Sequence record: NC_061441.1
Length of the DNA stretch: 64,000 nucleotides
Strand: one strand, 5' to 3'
Shown: positions 27,411 to 36,792 of the stretch, piece by piece
Layout of the letters: each line of letters begins with the position of its first letter
Numbering within the stretch: position 1 is the stretch's first letter
Notes under the pieces: model-generated
Seen by the model: only the letters and a program-made list of their open reading frames with translations
What the model was told of the DNA's origin: nothing
Databases searched by the model: none
Made by a program: the position numbers and the translations under genes

Positions 27411-27899
27411 TTAGGCAAATCGCCCACCTCGCCATGCGGCCTTGATGAGCAACTTCGCCACGATTTCGTTCTTCATTGTCTTTCGCTTGGCGTTGCTTCT
27501 GACAAATGCAGAGCCGAACTTATTCACGACGATTAGGCCGCAGCCTAACTCTTTTATGCGACCAATTATTTTGTCGCCGTGAGTTTCAAACAGTTGTTCG
27601 TCAATGATGAAGTACATGCGCATACAGAAAGGCAAATACTTGTGCCACTTCTTATCGGTATTGAAGTCAGCCCAGCAACTCTTAACCTCAGTGATAATCA
27701 TATCACACTTGGTATTCAGGCAGAACACGTCGGCCCTTAAGTTACCGTGCTTTATCAATCCGAGTTCAACGTGACAGGAATAGCGTTTGTCAATCCAGTA
27801 GCGCTGTGCGGCTTCGGTGAGAAAGGCCGTCTTATCAGGACGGCTCATTGATTTGAATACTGCTTGAATGGGTTCAGCCTTGCGCCGCTTATAAGCCAT
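27411..27899 (-). CDS. mmcB: MmcB-family PD-(D/E)XK DNA repair nuclease
   Basis: LRADVFCL...ITEVKSCWADFNTDKKWHKYLPFCMRMYF matches the MmcB pattern (RAD..., EVKSS.ADF..D.KW..Y..CD..YF). Confidence 0.8.
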   Translation of the reverse strand: MAYKRRKAEPIQAVFKSMSRPDKTAFLTEAAQRYWIDKRYSCHVELGLIKHGNLRADVFCLNTKCDMIITEVKSCWADFNTDKKWHKYLPFCMRMYFIIDEQLFETHGDKIIGRIKELGCGLIVVNKFGSAFVRSNAKRKTMKNEIVAKLLIKAAWRGGRFA

Positions 27900-28347
27900 A
27901 CGATTCGATAATGTCCAGGGCTTGCTCTACAATTGGACGGAGTTTCCTGTCCAGTTTACGCAGAGCCTTATCCGCTTTGAACCATTTGCGTTCACGCGTC
28001 AGGGCTTCATCATACTCGGTCAGCATAGTCTTGACCTTCATGACGTACCATTCAACGTGTTGCTCACGGCCAGTTTTGCCTTTGACGTAACGCATGATAT
28101 CTACGAAGTCTTTAGGCTTACCGAGAACACCAGCTTCTTCCATAGCTTCTTTAAGCGCACTGTCGAGTGCAGTCATTCCCTTCTCCACGCCGCCTTTTGG
28201 GAGACCCCAATTGCCTGCATGGGTTGTACGAATGAGCAAGAGTTCAATCGTACCATCCTTTTTCTTGCGATATGGGATAACGCCAGACTGCTTACGAGGT
28301 TTCTTCTCGCTTGGCAGCTTGGCTGACAATGACACGTTGATCATCAT
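27889..28347 (-). CDS. Nudix hydrolase
   Basis: QSGVIPYR...LLIRT...WGLPKGGVEKGMTALDSALKEAMEEAG (Nudix box). Confidence 0.92.
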   Translation of the reverse strand: MMINVSLSAKLPSEKKPRKQSGVIPYRKKKDGTIELLLIRTTHAGNWGLPKGGVEKGMTALDSALKEAMEEAGVLGKPKDFVDIMRYVKGKTGREQHVEWYVMKVKTMLTEYDEALTRERKWFKADKALRKLDRKLRPIVEQALDIIESYGL

Positions 28348-28847
28348 AATGAATCAAGTCCTCTCGGGAGGTCAACATCCCACGAGCCAGCGTTGTCTTT
28401 CCACAGACCCTGATGCTGTAACTCTTTATAAGCGTCATAAAGAGAAACACGAGCCTGTACAGAGACTTCGTTGATGCCCGCAGCACCTAAGCTGTAGCAA
28501 TACGTGCAGCCTGGGAAGTATTGTGTACGGGTCGCCTCATATGTGTCAAACACAATTTGGCCTTCACTGTTAGAGATAACAGCGTGTGACGCCATACCAC
28601 CGTGACCGAGAATGATGATATCATAGTCGGGATGCTGTTTATAGCAGCGTTGAATGAACTCGGCGCAGTCTGCAAATGGTCGAGCTACAGCAGCAGCGCG
28701 ATTGCAGTTGAATTGTGCGGCAGACTCAGAAAGAGAACGCGCACCAGTAAGATTCATAGCCGAGGCAAAGATAAGAGTTGCGAGCGATTCAGGCTCAACG
28801 GCAGTGGGGAAAAACTTTGTGCCCCACGCTTGTGATAGCGAAAGCAT
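28344..28847 (-). CDS. Hypothetical protein, possible papain/transglutaminase-like fold (167 aa)
   Basis: Cys (DCAEF), His (SHAVI), Asp (VFDTY) in triad-like order; RBS GGAG. Confidence 0.6.
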   Translation of the reverse strand: MLSLSQAWGTKFFPTAVEPESLATLIFASAMNLTGARSLSESAAQFNCNRAAAVARPFADCAEFIQRCYKQHPDYDIIILGHGGMASHAVISNSEGQIVFDTYEATRTQYFPGCTYCYSLGAAGINEVSVQARVSLYDAYKELQHQGLWKDNAGSWDVDLPRGLDSL

Positions 28848-28876
28848 GGACGTCTCCTTATACGATAGTCTCAGCT

Positions 28877-28884
28877 AAATTAGT
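28877..28884 (-). promoter_or_regulatory. Putative late-promoter motif variant ACTAATTT
   Basis: Intergenic, 30 nt upstream of the 28847 start. Confidence 0.45.
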
Positions 28885-28888
28885 GTGC

Positions 28889-29176
28889 TTAGTCTTCTGG
28901 GCAGATAAGCACCTGACGACCCTGTTGATAATAAGAGTCTGGTGCTCGCCCTATTACGATAGCGCGTTTGCACATAAAGGCAGGCTTGCGCAGAGCAACG
29001 TTACACCCACCGTGCGACAGTACAGCCATAGCTTCTGCTTTAGCAGGGCCTGTCAGACACAACATATGCGAGTAAAACGGCTTTTGTGCTTTCTTCATCG
29101 TGCGTGACATTAAAGCACGGATGCGCTCGGCCTGGCCGGATGTAGGTGCATGATCGCAGTACACGGCGATATTCAT
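28889..29176 (-). CDS. Hypothetical protein (95 aa)
   Basis: ORF in the co-directional run, 4-nt overlap with the upstream gene, RBS GGAG. Confidence 0.7.
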   Translation of the reverse strand: MNIAVYCDHAPTSGQAERIRALMSRTMKKAQKPFYSHMLCLTGPAKAEAMAVLSHGGCNVALRKPAFMCKRAIVIGRAPDSYYQQGRQVLICPED

Positions 29177-29898
29177 TTGCCAGCTCCTTTGATGTTCAGA
29201 ATGCCGTTGAAAACAGTGAACTTATCAGAGAAATGGCCGACCACGTTACCGAGACTATGCACATCGCCATGGCCACCGTAAGGATTAAAATCTGCGAGGT
29301 CGATTTGCAGATGCGATGCACTGATGGGATTGAATCCTGTTTCTTTAATGAAGATGGTATGGCCATCATAACGAGGCTTATCAGTAAAGAGCACACCCAT
29401 GTTAGACCACGTATTGGAGCTGGACTCCAGCACGAAGACAGACGCCTGGTAAAACTTCGCTCCCAGGTCTGGTGCCGTGTCTTGGACGTAGTGGTAATCT
29501 TCATGATCAGCAACGATAACGTCCACAGTAATGAGTTCCGCTTCATTTCTACGGTTGCGCAGCCAGCTTTGCATACAGCGCGTAAAGTAGTCCGCCATTG
29601 CGCAACAAATGCAGCTACGGTTCGTCGGGTCTTTTTCGGCGCGAGGGATTGCAGTGACGTTGCGGTCGGAGAATTTCCATGTGACATGATCGGTTACCAG
29701 ATTACCAGATTGAAACTCAAACTCCTCGTCATTGATAACGAAGATGTTTTTACGCTGCATTACGATGTTCGACAATACATGGGCCGCGCTGTTTTGCAGG
29801 CCCAATGGATATTGAAGCAATACGCGAGCAGTGACGACACGAGGAACCCCGTTTTCGAGATAAGCGAAGTTCATTGTGCGATGCGCTACAGAAAGCAT
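29173..29898 (-). CDS. Hypothetical protein (241 aa)
   Basis: Fills the space between neighbours on the coding strand; no family recognised. Confidence 0.7.
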   Translation of the reverse strand: MLSVAHRTMNFAYLENGVPRVVTARVLLQYPLGLQNSAAHVLSNIVMQRKNIFVINDEEFEFQSGNLVTDHVTWKFSDRNVTAIPRAEKDPTNRSCICCAMADYFTRCMQSWLRNRRNEAELITVDVIVADHEDYHYVQDTAPDLGAKFYQASVFVLESSSNTWSNMGVLFTDKPRYDGHTIFIKETGFNPISASHLQIDLADFNPYGGHGDVHSLGNVVGHFSDKFTVFNGILNIKGAGK

Positions 29899-29908
29899 GG
29901 TACGTCCT

Positions 29909-30697
29909 TTAGTTCAGGTTGATTGTCTGTCCATTTACAGTTACATCCTGACCTGCCTCGATATTAACAGCGCCCCTTACATCCAACACGTCATCGCCCT
30001 TAACAGTAACTTTACGACTCCCACCAATCTCAACAGTCTGGTTGCCTGTGATCTTAGTGTACTGATTGCCTGCATCGTTCTTCTGCGTACCTTTGAACTT
30101 GATACGCTTCTTCGGGTCAGGCTTCAAGGACTTAGGCGTCATCACAGGGTCATTCAAGATGTAGTCTGGAATGTCGTTCTTACTGCCTGTGATAATCAGT
30201 TGCTGATTGCCTACGATAGTCTGGTTAACGTCTCCCATGATTGTCATGTTGAAGTCTCCCGACGTCACAAGGAAGTGCTCGTTGGTCAGGCGGTCAATGA
30301 TGAGCTGGGTGCCAGTAGACAGACGCACACCTACGCGATGCGGATAGTTCACGAGGAACTCAGGCAGTTGGTCAGCTTCTGTCATGCGCACATTGGTGCT
30401 ATACATACCTTCATGCAATTGACCAGTAGGGAACTTCACATTGACCTTAGCACCACGCGTAGGAATGAATGAAGCACCGAACGTCACACCCTGTGAGCCG
30501 CCTTTAAGCCCTTCGAGATGACCAACAGCAGGGCGAATCCAGGGTATCATGTCGTCGGCAATGTCGTCAGTCAGACCCATGATACGTGCTCGAATCTGAC
30601 CTATGCGTCGAGGGTCGTTGTTGTCGATTACGATTGCCTCATAATCCATTTGAGGGTCGATGCCTTTCTTGGCATTCACACTATTCAGAGGAATCAT
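29909..30697 (-). CDS. Baseplate central spike (T4 gp5/VgrG-like OB fold plus beta-helix, no lysozyme domain)
   Basis: YEAIVIDNNDPRRIGQIRARI...PWIRP OB-fold motif; C-terminal octad repeats (GNQTVEIGGSRKVTVKGDDVLDV). Confidence 0.85.
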   Translation of the reverse strand: MIPLNSVNAKKGIDPQMDYEAIVIDNNDPRRIGQIRARIMGLTDDIADDMIPWIRPAVGHLEGLKGGSQGVTFGASFIPTRGAKVNVKFPTGQLHEGMYSTNVRMTEADQLPEFLVNYPHRVGVRLSTGTQLIIDRLTNEHFLVTSGDFNMTIMGDVNQTIVGNQQLIITGSKNDIPDYILNDPVMTPKSLKPDPKKRIKFKGTQKNDAGNQYTKITGNQTVEIGGSRKVTVKGDDVLDVRGAVNIEAGQDVTVNGQTINLN

Positions 30698-32589
30698 TTA
30701 TTCACCCGTGGCATATACATTTCAAGACGCTCACCGTCAGGCGTGCCGTGCGTACTTGAACCATCAACAGTACCGTCACCAAGAGAGCACAGGAAGTTAC
30801 GCAGGTTCTCTTCCTGCTGGCGAATGAGCTGGCTCAGGTTCGTACTTGGACCAAGCAGCTTGCTGATAGACAGAGCATCGAGACACTTATCAGGCAGAGC
30901 ATCGCTCATCATACGGTTCATATCGTCCAGCTTGTTGCTTACGCAGCGCTGGTTGATTTGAGGACCGTCGAGATACTCAGCAGGGATATCGCCGTTAGCA
31001 ATCAGACCGTTCACGTCATTGGTGAAGCCACCAAGCATGTTCTCCATGCTATCAAGACGTGAGGCGAGACCATCGAGTATGCCACCCTTGTAATTGATCG
31101 CAAGGTTGACACTCAACTTCTCCAGACTGTTCAGTGCGCTACAGATACCAGTCAGATACTTCGCCATATTGAACTCTTGCATCAGAGCATTCAGGTAGTC
31201 AACACCTTCACCGTACTTAGCAGCCAGCTCAGGGAATTTGAACGCTTCTGATTCTGTCTGGAACTGGTCGAGCATAACGTCCAGCTGGAGATTGTGTTGT
31301 TGCGAAAGCCAGTCGATAGGGTTTGAGCCATCAAGAGCCTGTTTGATGTTTGCGTTAATCTGGAACGGACGCAGAACGTTAGCAACCGTAGACAGCGGAG
31401 TCTGGATGATGTTCGAGCCACCACCAATGTTCGACGTACCCTCAACAGGAGTGAAGTTACGACTCAGCAGGAACGCTTCGCTATACATACCACCAGAGAA
31501 GACGCGAGTACGGCCGATGACCAGCCACTTGCCTGACACCTTGATATCAGTTTCGACTTCACGATGACCGTTAATCACACCAGCAGATACATCGACAATA
31601 TCAAAGATATCGACTTCTGGACAACCGCCTAAGATGAGAGCGCGAGCAGTCTCGGTGTAAGCCATAGACTGGCGTTTGTTGTTGTAGTACGCCTGCATGT
31701 ACTTATCGTGAATGTTGATATCGTTCGTTGGTCGAGCGTAGGCCTTACGAGCACCAGCAATATCACCCCGCGTGTCGCTGTTAATGTTCAGCGGGTCACG
31801 GCCTTTGACAGTCACTGAGGACAGTTCGTTCGTCTTGCCCTTGCTATCGGCCCACAGCAGCTTCTCGCCATAGTTCGACATGCCGTTGAAGATACCACTC
31901 ATAGACTTCGGCCTGAACTCATGCAGGTTATAGAGCGGCGTGTCGCCTGTAGGCTTATGGTTGAATAGCCAGTACGCCTTAGGGTCTTCGTCAAACAGCT
32001 TGTTGATATCGCGCACTACCATACGCTTGTCGGCAGTGATGAACATCTTAGGCAGCGCTTCTTCACTTACCCACATGTGCTGTTCGATTTCGTGAGCGAA
32101 CTTCTTAGGCGAACACGTTGCAGATACCCAGCTCATGATATCTGACGTTTGAATGTCACCGAAGTCAGGCGTCAAGCCACCGAAAGAGGCAACTTGTTTT
32201 AAAGCATCAATGGAGGTTCCGCGAATGGAGAAACTACGCGTATCAAAGAGAAAAGCAGGTGCGTCGAGAGCACACAGCACGTTAAGCATTGGTGCGCCCC
32301 CCTCACCATATTCGCGCACAGCAAACACAGAGAACGTGAACGTAGACGCCGATTCTTGATCAGGCCCCATCATCAATGTTATTTTCGTACCGTCCACAAT
32401 CGCGTGGGTAGAGCGTAGTACGTTCGTCTGGTCAGAGAATTTGATCAGAGCGCAGGGCACAGCGAAAGTGTTTTCAAACACTTGGACGGAATTGATTAGG
32501 TTCGGCATAGACGGCGGTGCTTTGCCGTCTAACAAAAGACCAAAGAAGCCTTGGTCTTTTACGCCGCCAGATGTTGCTTGGTCAGCCAT
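30694..32589 (-). CDS. Baseplate hub protein (gp27/VgrG-N-like, 631 aa)
   Basis: Position just upstream of gp5; hub-like features (V.V.EN, C.LI.F.D; 'GKWLVIGRTRVFSGG.YSE.FLLSR'). Confidence 0.65.
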   Translation of the reverse strand: MADQATSGGVKDQGFFGLLLDGKAPPSMPNLINSVQVFENTFAVPCALIKFSDQTNVLRSTHAIVDGTKITLMMGPDQESASTFTFSVFAVREYGEGGAPMLNVLCALDAPAFLFDTRSFSIRGTSIDALKQVASFGGLTPDFGDIQTSDIMSWVSATCSPKKFAHEIEQHMWVSEEALPKMFITADKRMVVRDINKLFDEDPKAYWLFNHKPTGDTPLYNLHEFRPKSMSGIFNGMSNYGEKLLWADSKGKTNELSSVTVKGRDPLNINSDTRGDIAGARKAYARPTNDINIHDKYMQAYYNNKRQSMAYTETARALILGGCPEVDIFDIVDVSAGVINGHREVETDIKVSGKWLVIGRTRVFSGGMYSEAFLLSRNFTPVEGTSNIGGGSNIIQTPLSTVANVLRPFQINANIKQALDGSNPIDWLSQQHNLQLDVMLDQFQTESEAFKFPELAAKYGEGVDYLNALMQEFNMAKYLTGICSALNSLEKLSVNLAINYKGGILDGLASRLDSMENMLGGFTNDVNGLIANGDIPAEYLDGPQINQRCVSNKLDDMNRMMSDALPDKCLDALSISKLLGPSTNLSQLIRQQEENLRNFLCSLGDGTVDGSSTHGTPDGERLEMYMPRVNK

Positions 32590-32591
32590 GA

Positions 32592-33035
32592 TTAGCCCTC
32601 AGCGTCAAGCTCAATCGCAATGGCTTTCAACTTCGCTGCAAGTAACTTTATCTCGGAAGACTTGGGTTGAATGTTGAAGCCACCGCGACCTGGCTTGATC
32701 TCAGAATCGTTTTTGGTGTTGTACCACTTACGCACTGCAACGACACGGTTACCGGCATCATCGCCCACGAGGCCAACAGACAGGAAGCTATGTTCACCAA
32801 TCTGAATACGGAAGACTTCAGGCTCCGAAGTCTCTTTGCGAGTCTCTTTTACCTTCTTCTGCTTAGGACGCTTGAGTTCAGTGTCCTTTCCAGCAGGCTT
32901 CTCAGACTTCTTGGCTTTCTTAGCCTTGACGCGCTTGAGTTCTTCTGCCTGTTCGGCAAGAGGCTTATCACGCTTCAATGTCCGCTTGATCTTCTTCGCT
33001 TTCTCGCCTACGATTTTGCCGTTAACCATTGCCAT
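32592..33035 (-). CDS. PC4/YdbC-like ssDNA-binding protein with Lys-rich N-terminus
   Basis: C-terminal FRIQIGEHSFLSV...VVAVRKWYNTK..EIKPGRGGFNI matches the PC4 fold; highly basic N-terminal half. Confidence 0.75.
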   Translation of the reverse strand: MAMVNGKIVGEKAKKIKRTLKRDKPLAEQAEELKRVKAKKAKKSEKPAGKDTELKRPKQKKVKETRKETSEPEVFRIQIGEHSFLSVGLVGDDAGNRVVAVRKWYNTKNDSEIKPGRGGFNIQPKSSEIKLLAAKLKAIAIELDAEG

Positions 33036-33328
33036 TAGATTTGCGTCCTCTTAACTTTCTTAATAGCAGCACTAGGCCGCTTTTGTGGGAACACGACTAG
33101 CATCCCCGCTTTAAGTTCAGAGGGATGCAGCAGTGCGTTTGCGATCAGTATGAAATTCCAGTAACCGTTAGAGCCGTATTTGTTCACGGACAACAGCTGC
33201 GGGTTACCCTCAAGTGCGGCATCAATACGCTCGGACGTTCCCGTCTGGGCAGCATCAACATCATCAAAGATCTTCATGGTCAGAGGATCAATGCCCCACT
33301 TGTCGATTACGCCGATTGTTTCAGCCAT
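33035..33328 (-). CDS. LysM-like baseplate wedge protein (gp53/tail-X-like)
   Basis: GNPQLLSVNKYGSNGYWNFILIANALLHPSELKAGMLVVFP. Confidence 0.75.
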   Translation of the reverse strand: MAETIGVIDKWGIDPLTMKIFDDVDAAQTGTSERIDAALEGNPQLLSVNKYGSNGYWNFILIANALLHPSELKAGMLVVFPQKRPSAAIKKVKRTQI

Positions 33329-34119
33329 TTACGAAGGTCCTCACGCGTCACAGCGAAGTAGCTACTCACCTGCAGGATGAAGTCAACGCTGATAGGGTTA
33401 CCTGTCCCGTCTTCCCACACGTTGTCGAAGTTCGCGCTAACGTTATCGACTACGCAAGGACTCATCGAGAAGAAATTACCAATATCAACAAAGAACGCCT
33501 CACTGTCTTCAAGGATGCCGCCCATTGCAGCATTCGCCGCGTCAGCAGTACCGCCACCAGCGGCAGCAACCATTGCTTCCATACTAACGGACTTCAAGGG
33601 ACTTGGGCCAGGTGGAAGCAGCAAGCCTCCATTCTCAGAAGGAGCACATAGCGACAACAGGTTGATTGTTGTATCTACCACTTCGCTTTTCGTATCAGAG
33701 TAAGCATCGACAAAGATAGGTAGGTCGACCTGCATATAGCTTGGGCCGCCCCATACGCGAGCACTCGCCAACTTGTGCATAGAACTTGCACCAGCGAACT
33801 TGAGCGCTTTATCTGCCATGCCTGCATTATTCCCGACGAACCCAGCAATAGCACCAGTCTTACCGCCAACGCCAGCTAACGCATTACCTGCGTTACCAAC
33901 AACGTCTGCGACTGATGTATTCATGAACGGTGATTCCCAGGAAGAACCTAAGCTGAACGTGAAGTCAGGAGGAATGAACCCCGTGAACTTAATCGTGCCA
34001 CTCTTGTTATAGATCTTTACTCGGTACATGTTATCGACAGAGATGATATCGTCACGCGACCGAGCAGTACCTATAGCAGTGGCTTGCCCACCATCGGCAG
34101 GCATTAAGTAGTTAGCCAC
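33307..34119 (-). CDS. Baseplate tube-initiator/hub protein (gp48/gp54-like, 270 aa)
   Basis: Tube-protein-like signature (IGNFFSMSPCVVDNVSANFD..W..GNPISVDFILQV); next to the LysM gene. Confidence 0.6.
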   Translation of the reverse strand: MANYLMPADGGQATAIGTARSRDDIISVDNMYRVKIYNKSGTIKFTGFIPPDFTFSLGSSWESPFMNTSVADVVGNAGNALAGVGGKTGAIAGFVGNNAGMADKALKFAGASSMHKLASARVWGGPSYMQVDLPIFVDAYSDTKSEVVDTTINLLSLCAPSENGGLLLPPGPSPLKSVSMEAMVAAAGGGTADAANAAMGGILEDSEAFFVDIGNFFSMSPCVVDNVSANFDNVWEDGTGNPISVDFILQVSSYFAVTREDLRKWLKQSA

Positions 34120-34131
34120 ACAAACTCCTTA

Positions 34132-36792
34132 TCACATATAGCCCATAGTAATCATGTTCAACATCGGGTCGTCCATGAAGATTGGAATCGAATCGAGTGA
34201 ATGACCAGCAGCAGGACTAGAACCACTATTGCCCGAAGCAGCAGGACGAGATACAGCGCCGCCTTTAGGCTGATTAGCAACAGGTGCTGGCGGTGCAGAA
34301 GGAGCTGGAGCAGCAGGTGCTTCCGTTCGAGCGATATCGCCCTCTGTTACGAGAGGCTGACGATCAACAGGAGCTTCTGGCTGAACTACAGGCTCGATGC
34401 GATTGGTATCTCGTGTCATCCCTTTAGGAAGAACATCCGTAGATGGTTTCTTCGTAAATGTCTCGGCCATGACTTCTTTGCGGACCTGTTTATCAAGTTC
34501 CTCAGAGAATGGCTTGCGACTATCAGCGACACCAGATCCACCAGAAGCAGCAACAATGTCTTTAGAAGTCTGACTGGAAGGAGAAGGTGATTGGTCTATA
34601 TTTACAGCTTTCTTCCTGTCAGCTTCGGCCACTTTGAGCAGCACGTCCTTCTCATTCTGCGCTCGCGTTGCCACAGATTGTTGCGTCTGCGCCGAGCTTG
34701 ATTTGAAGTAACGATCAGTCGTTGCTGCCTTGTAGTCCTGAATAGTCTTAATCAACTCTTCATCGGACATGCCGTTAACGTCTTTGCCTTGAAGTGCATT
34801 GGCGATGACGCTTGTACCTGCACCGTACTGTACAGCCGTACTGTACATCAGTTCTTTGACACCAGCACCACGCTTCGTCAAGTCCACACCTACTTCGTTC
34901 TGCATCTTAGCCACGAGCGGTGCGTAATGAGTACGCGTGATATAGTCAGACTGCGCTTTATCGAAGTCGGCACCTTGAGTATTCGCAACATCCTTATAGA
35001 CGGAGTTGAACTGAGCAGTGCCTGGAGCGAGTCCACCGAAACGTTGCAGGAACGGTTTACCTTCAGGGCTGTTCAGGAAGTTCATCATGCTGCCGTTGTT
35101 CGTAGCGAGCTGGTGCTTACCGTACGACACGCCACCAGCATCACCCTGACCAGTAGATACAGTACCTACACCGCGACCACCAGACTCGAACTGTTCTGAC
35201 ACTGAACCGAGACCGCCTTCTGCGATTGCACGATTAGCGATATCGGTTACTTGCTTACTGTCCATACGTCGAGCAGGCTGTGCTCGCATCGGACCAGCAT
35301 ACGTACCAGCACCAGAGCCGGGCATTGCGCCCATACCACCAAAGCCAAAAGGCATAATGACAGGCTGAGGGAATTTCGCTTTGTTCTGATTCTCTGCCGT
35401 AGTGTCGTTGTACTCGTCCATCTTCTCTTTGCGGTCTTTCTCACCGTCAGCGAGCATCTTGTCCGATTCATCAGTAATCTTTTCAGCGACATATTCGCCT
35501 ACAGAACTACCGAAGTAGTCACCCAGTATGTTACCGAGCAGACCGCCCAACGCAGCGCCAGCAGCAGTACCAACAACAGGAACAACTGAACCGAGTGTAC
35601 CGCCTATCCATGCACCAGCAATAGCACCAGTAGTACCGCCAGCAGCACCACCGAAAGCAGAGCCGCCCGCTTTCTTCTTCTCTTTGGCCTTCTCTGCATC
35701 AGTCAGCGTTTCGTCTGCGTCGATGTGTTGCGTTTCGTTCGCATAAGACAGGCCGTTACCTAATGCAGGACCGATGATAGGAATCTTCTTCGACGCACCA
35801 GCCAGCAGTAGACTCGCGCCAGCTACAGCAGCGTCCTGTGTCGCAGATGGGGGCGTTGGCGCATCGCCCTTAGCAGCTTCTTCCGCACGTTGAACTTCTG
35901 GCGCAGTAGGCATAGGTGTGGGTTTTGCATCCGAGTCAGGAGCAGCATCGGTCTTCTGATAATCAGGAGCACCAACACCTCCATTCTCCGCGTTCTGCTC
36001 CTCAAACTTCTCTTGTGATCTGTGCTTCAACCACAAACCACCAGCCACAGCAGCTCCAAGAGTCAACGCTAGACCCAGCTTACCTTTGAGCTTAGGTAAG
36101 CGGCTACGACGAGGTAGATTACGGCCAGGGCCTCTGCGTTCACCGCGATTGCGTCCGTAGCGTCTGCCACGTTTACGACGAGGGCGATTATCTTCTGGAC
36201 CAAAGTCTGGGCCAGCACCATTGTCAGGCCCGTTATCGTCATTAGCAGAATCATCAGGACCGTTGTTACCGCCACCGGCGCCAGGCTGATTGCCGTGTGG
36301 GTCTGACTTAGCGCGGTTCTTCTCTTTGAATGCTTCGCGCTTCTCCCACTCCAACCAATCTTCAAGGGCTTTCTGCGTCTTCGCAGATACTGCGTTGCCC
36401 TCTTTGATCGCGTGAACGATATCTTCACCAGACTTCTCGCCTGCAATAAACAGGTCTTCCAGTGCGGATTCTACTTCACGCGGATTAGGCTGTTGTGGTA
36501 CGGCGCGCGGTGCAGCAGGAGCAGCATCATTGTTCTCCTGCACGTAGCGCACACGCGTGTTGGCCATCTTCTCACGCGCAGCTTTAGCCGCACGGTTCTT
36601 AGCCCTTGAGCCTGGACCAACATAAACGATTTCGTCATCAAGCAGTTCGGGATCGTAATCGTCCTCAATGTCATTGGCAGCACGCCGTCTACGTTTCGGC
36701 TTAGGCATACCAGCGACTGAACCACTAATGCTGTCCGCATGTTCGATCATTAGTTCGAGTGCGGACAGCTCTTTCTCTTTTGGCTTAGCCAT
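34132..36792 (-). CDS. Tail lytic/tape-measure-like protein with VgrG3-C-like peptidoglycan hydrolase domain (886 aa)
   Basis: Gly-zipper hydrophobic helices; LGSVSEQFESGGRGVGTVSTGQGDAGGVSYGKHQLA..G motif; located between chaperones and hub genes. Confidence 0.7.
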   Translation of the reverse strand: MAKPKEKELSALELMIEHADSISGSVAGMPKPKRRRRAANDIEDDYDPELLDDEIVYVGPGSRAKNRAAKAAREKMANTRVRYVQENNDAAPAAPRAVPQQPNPREVESALEDLFIAGEKSGEDIVHAIKEGNAVSAKTQKALEDWLEWEKREAFKEKNRAKSDPHGNQPGAGGGNNGPDDSANDDNGPDNGAGPDFGPEDNRPRRKRGRRYGRNRGERRGPGRNLPRRSRLPKLKGKLGLALTLGAAVAGGLWLKHRSQEKFEEQNAENGGVGAPDYQKTDAAPDSDAKPTPMPTAPEVQRAEEAAKGDAPTPPSATQDAAVAGASLLLAGASKKIPIIGPALGNGLSYANETQHIDADETLTDAEKAKEKKKAGGSAFGGAAGGTTGAIAGAWIGGTLGSVVPVVGTAAGAALGGLLGNILGDYFGSSVGEYVAEKITDESDKMLADGEKDRKEKMDEYNDTTAENQNKAKFPQPVIMPFGFGGMGAMPGSGAGTYAGPMRAQPARRMDSKQVTDIANRAIAEGGLGSVSEQFESGGRGVGTVSTGQGDAGGVSYGKHQLATNNGSMMNFLNSPEGKPFLQRFGGLAPGTAQFNSVYKDVANTQGADFDKAQSDYITRTHYAPLVAKMQNEVGVDLTKRGAGVKELMYSTAVQYGAGTSVIANALQGKDVNGMSDEELIKTIQDYKAATTDRYFKSSSAQTQQSVATRAQNEKDVLLKVAEADRKKAVNIDQSPSPSSQTSKDIVAASGGSGVADSRKPFSEELDKQVRKEVMAETFTKKPSTDVLPKGMTRDTNRIEPVVQPEAPVDRQPLVTEGDIARTEAPAAPAPSAPPAPVANQPKGGAVSRPAASGNSGSSPAAGHSLDSIPIFMDDPMLNMITMGYM

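Noticed and set aside
29146-29922. 258-aa plus-strand ORF opposite the 241-aa gene
   Set aside because: The minus-strand ORF fits the operon (overlap coupling); plus frame lacks RBS and recognisable motifs.
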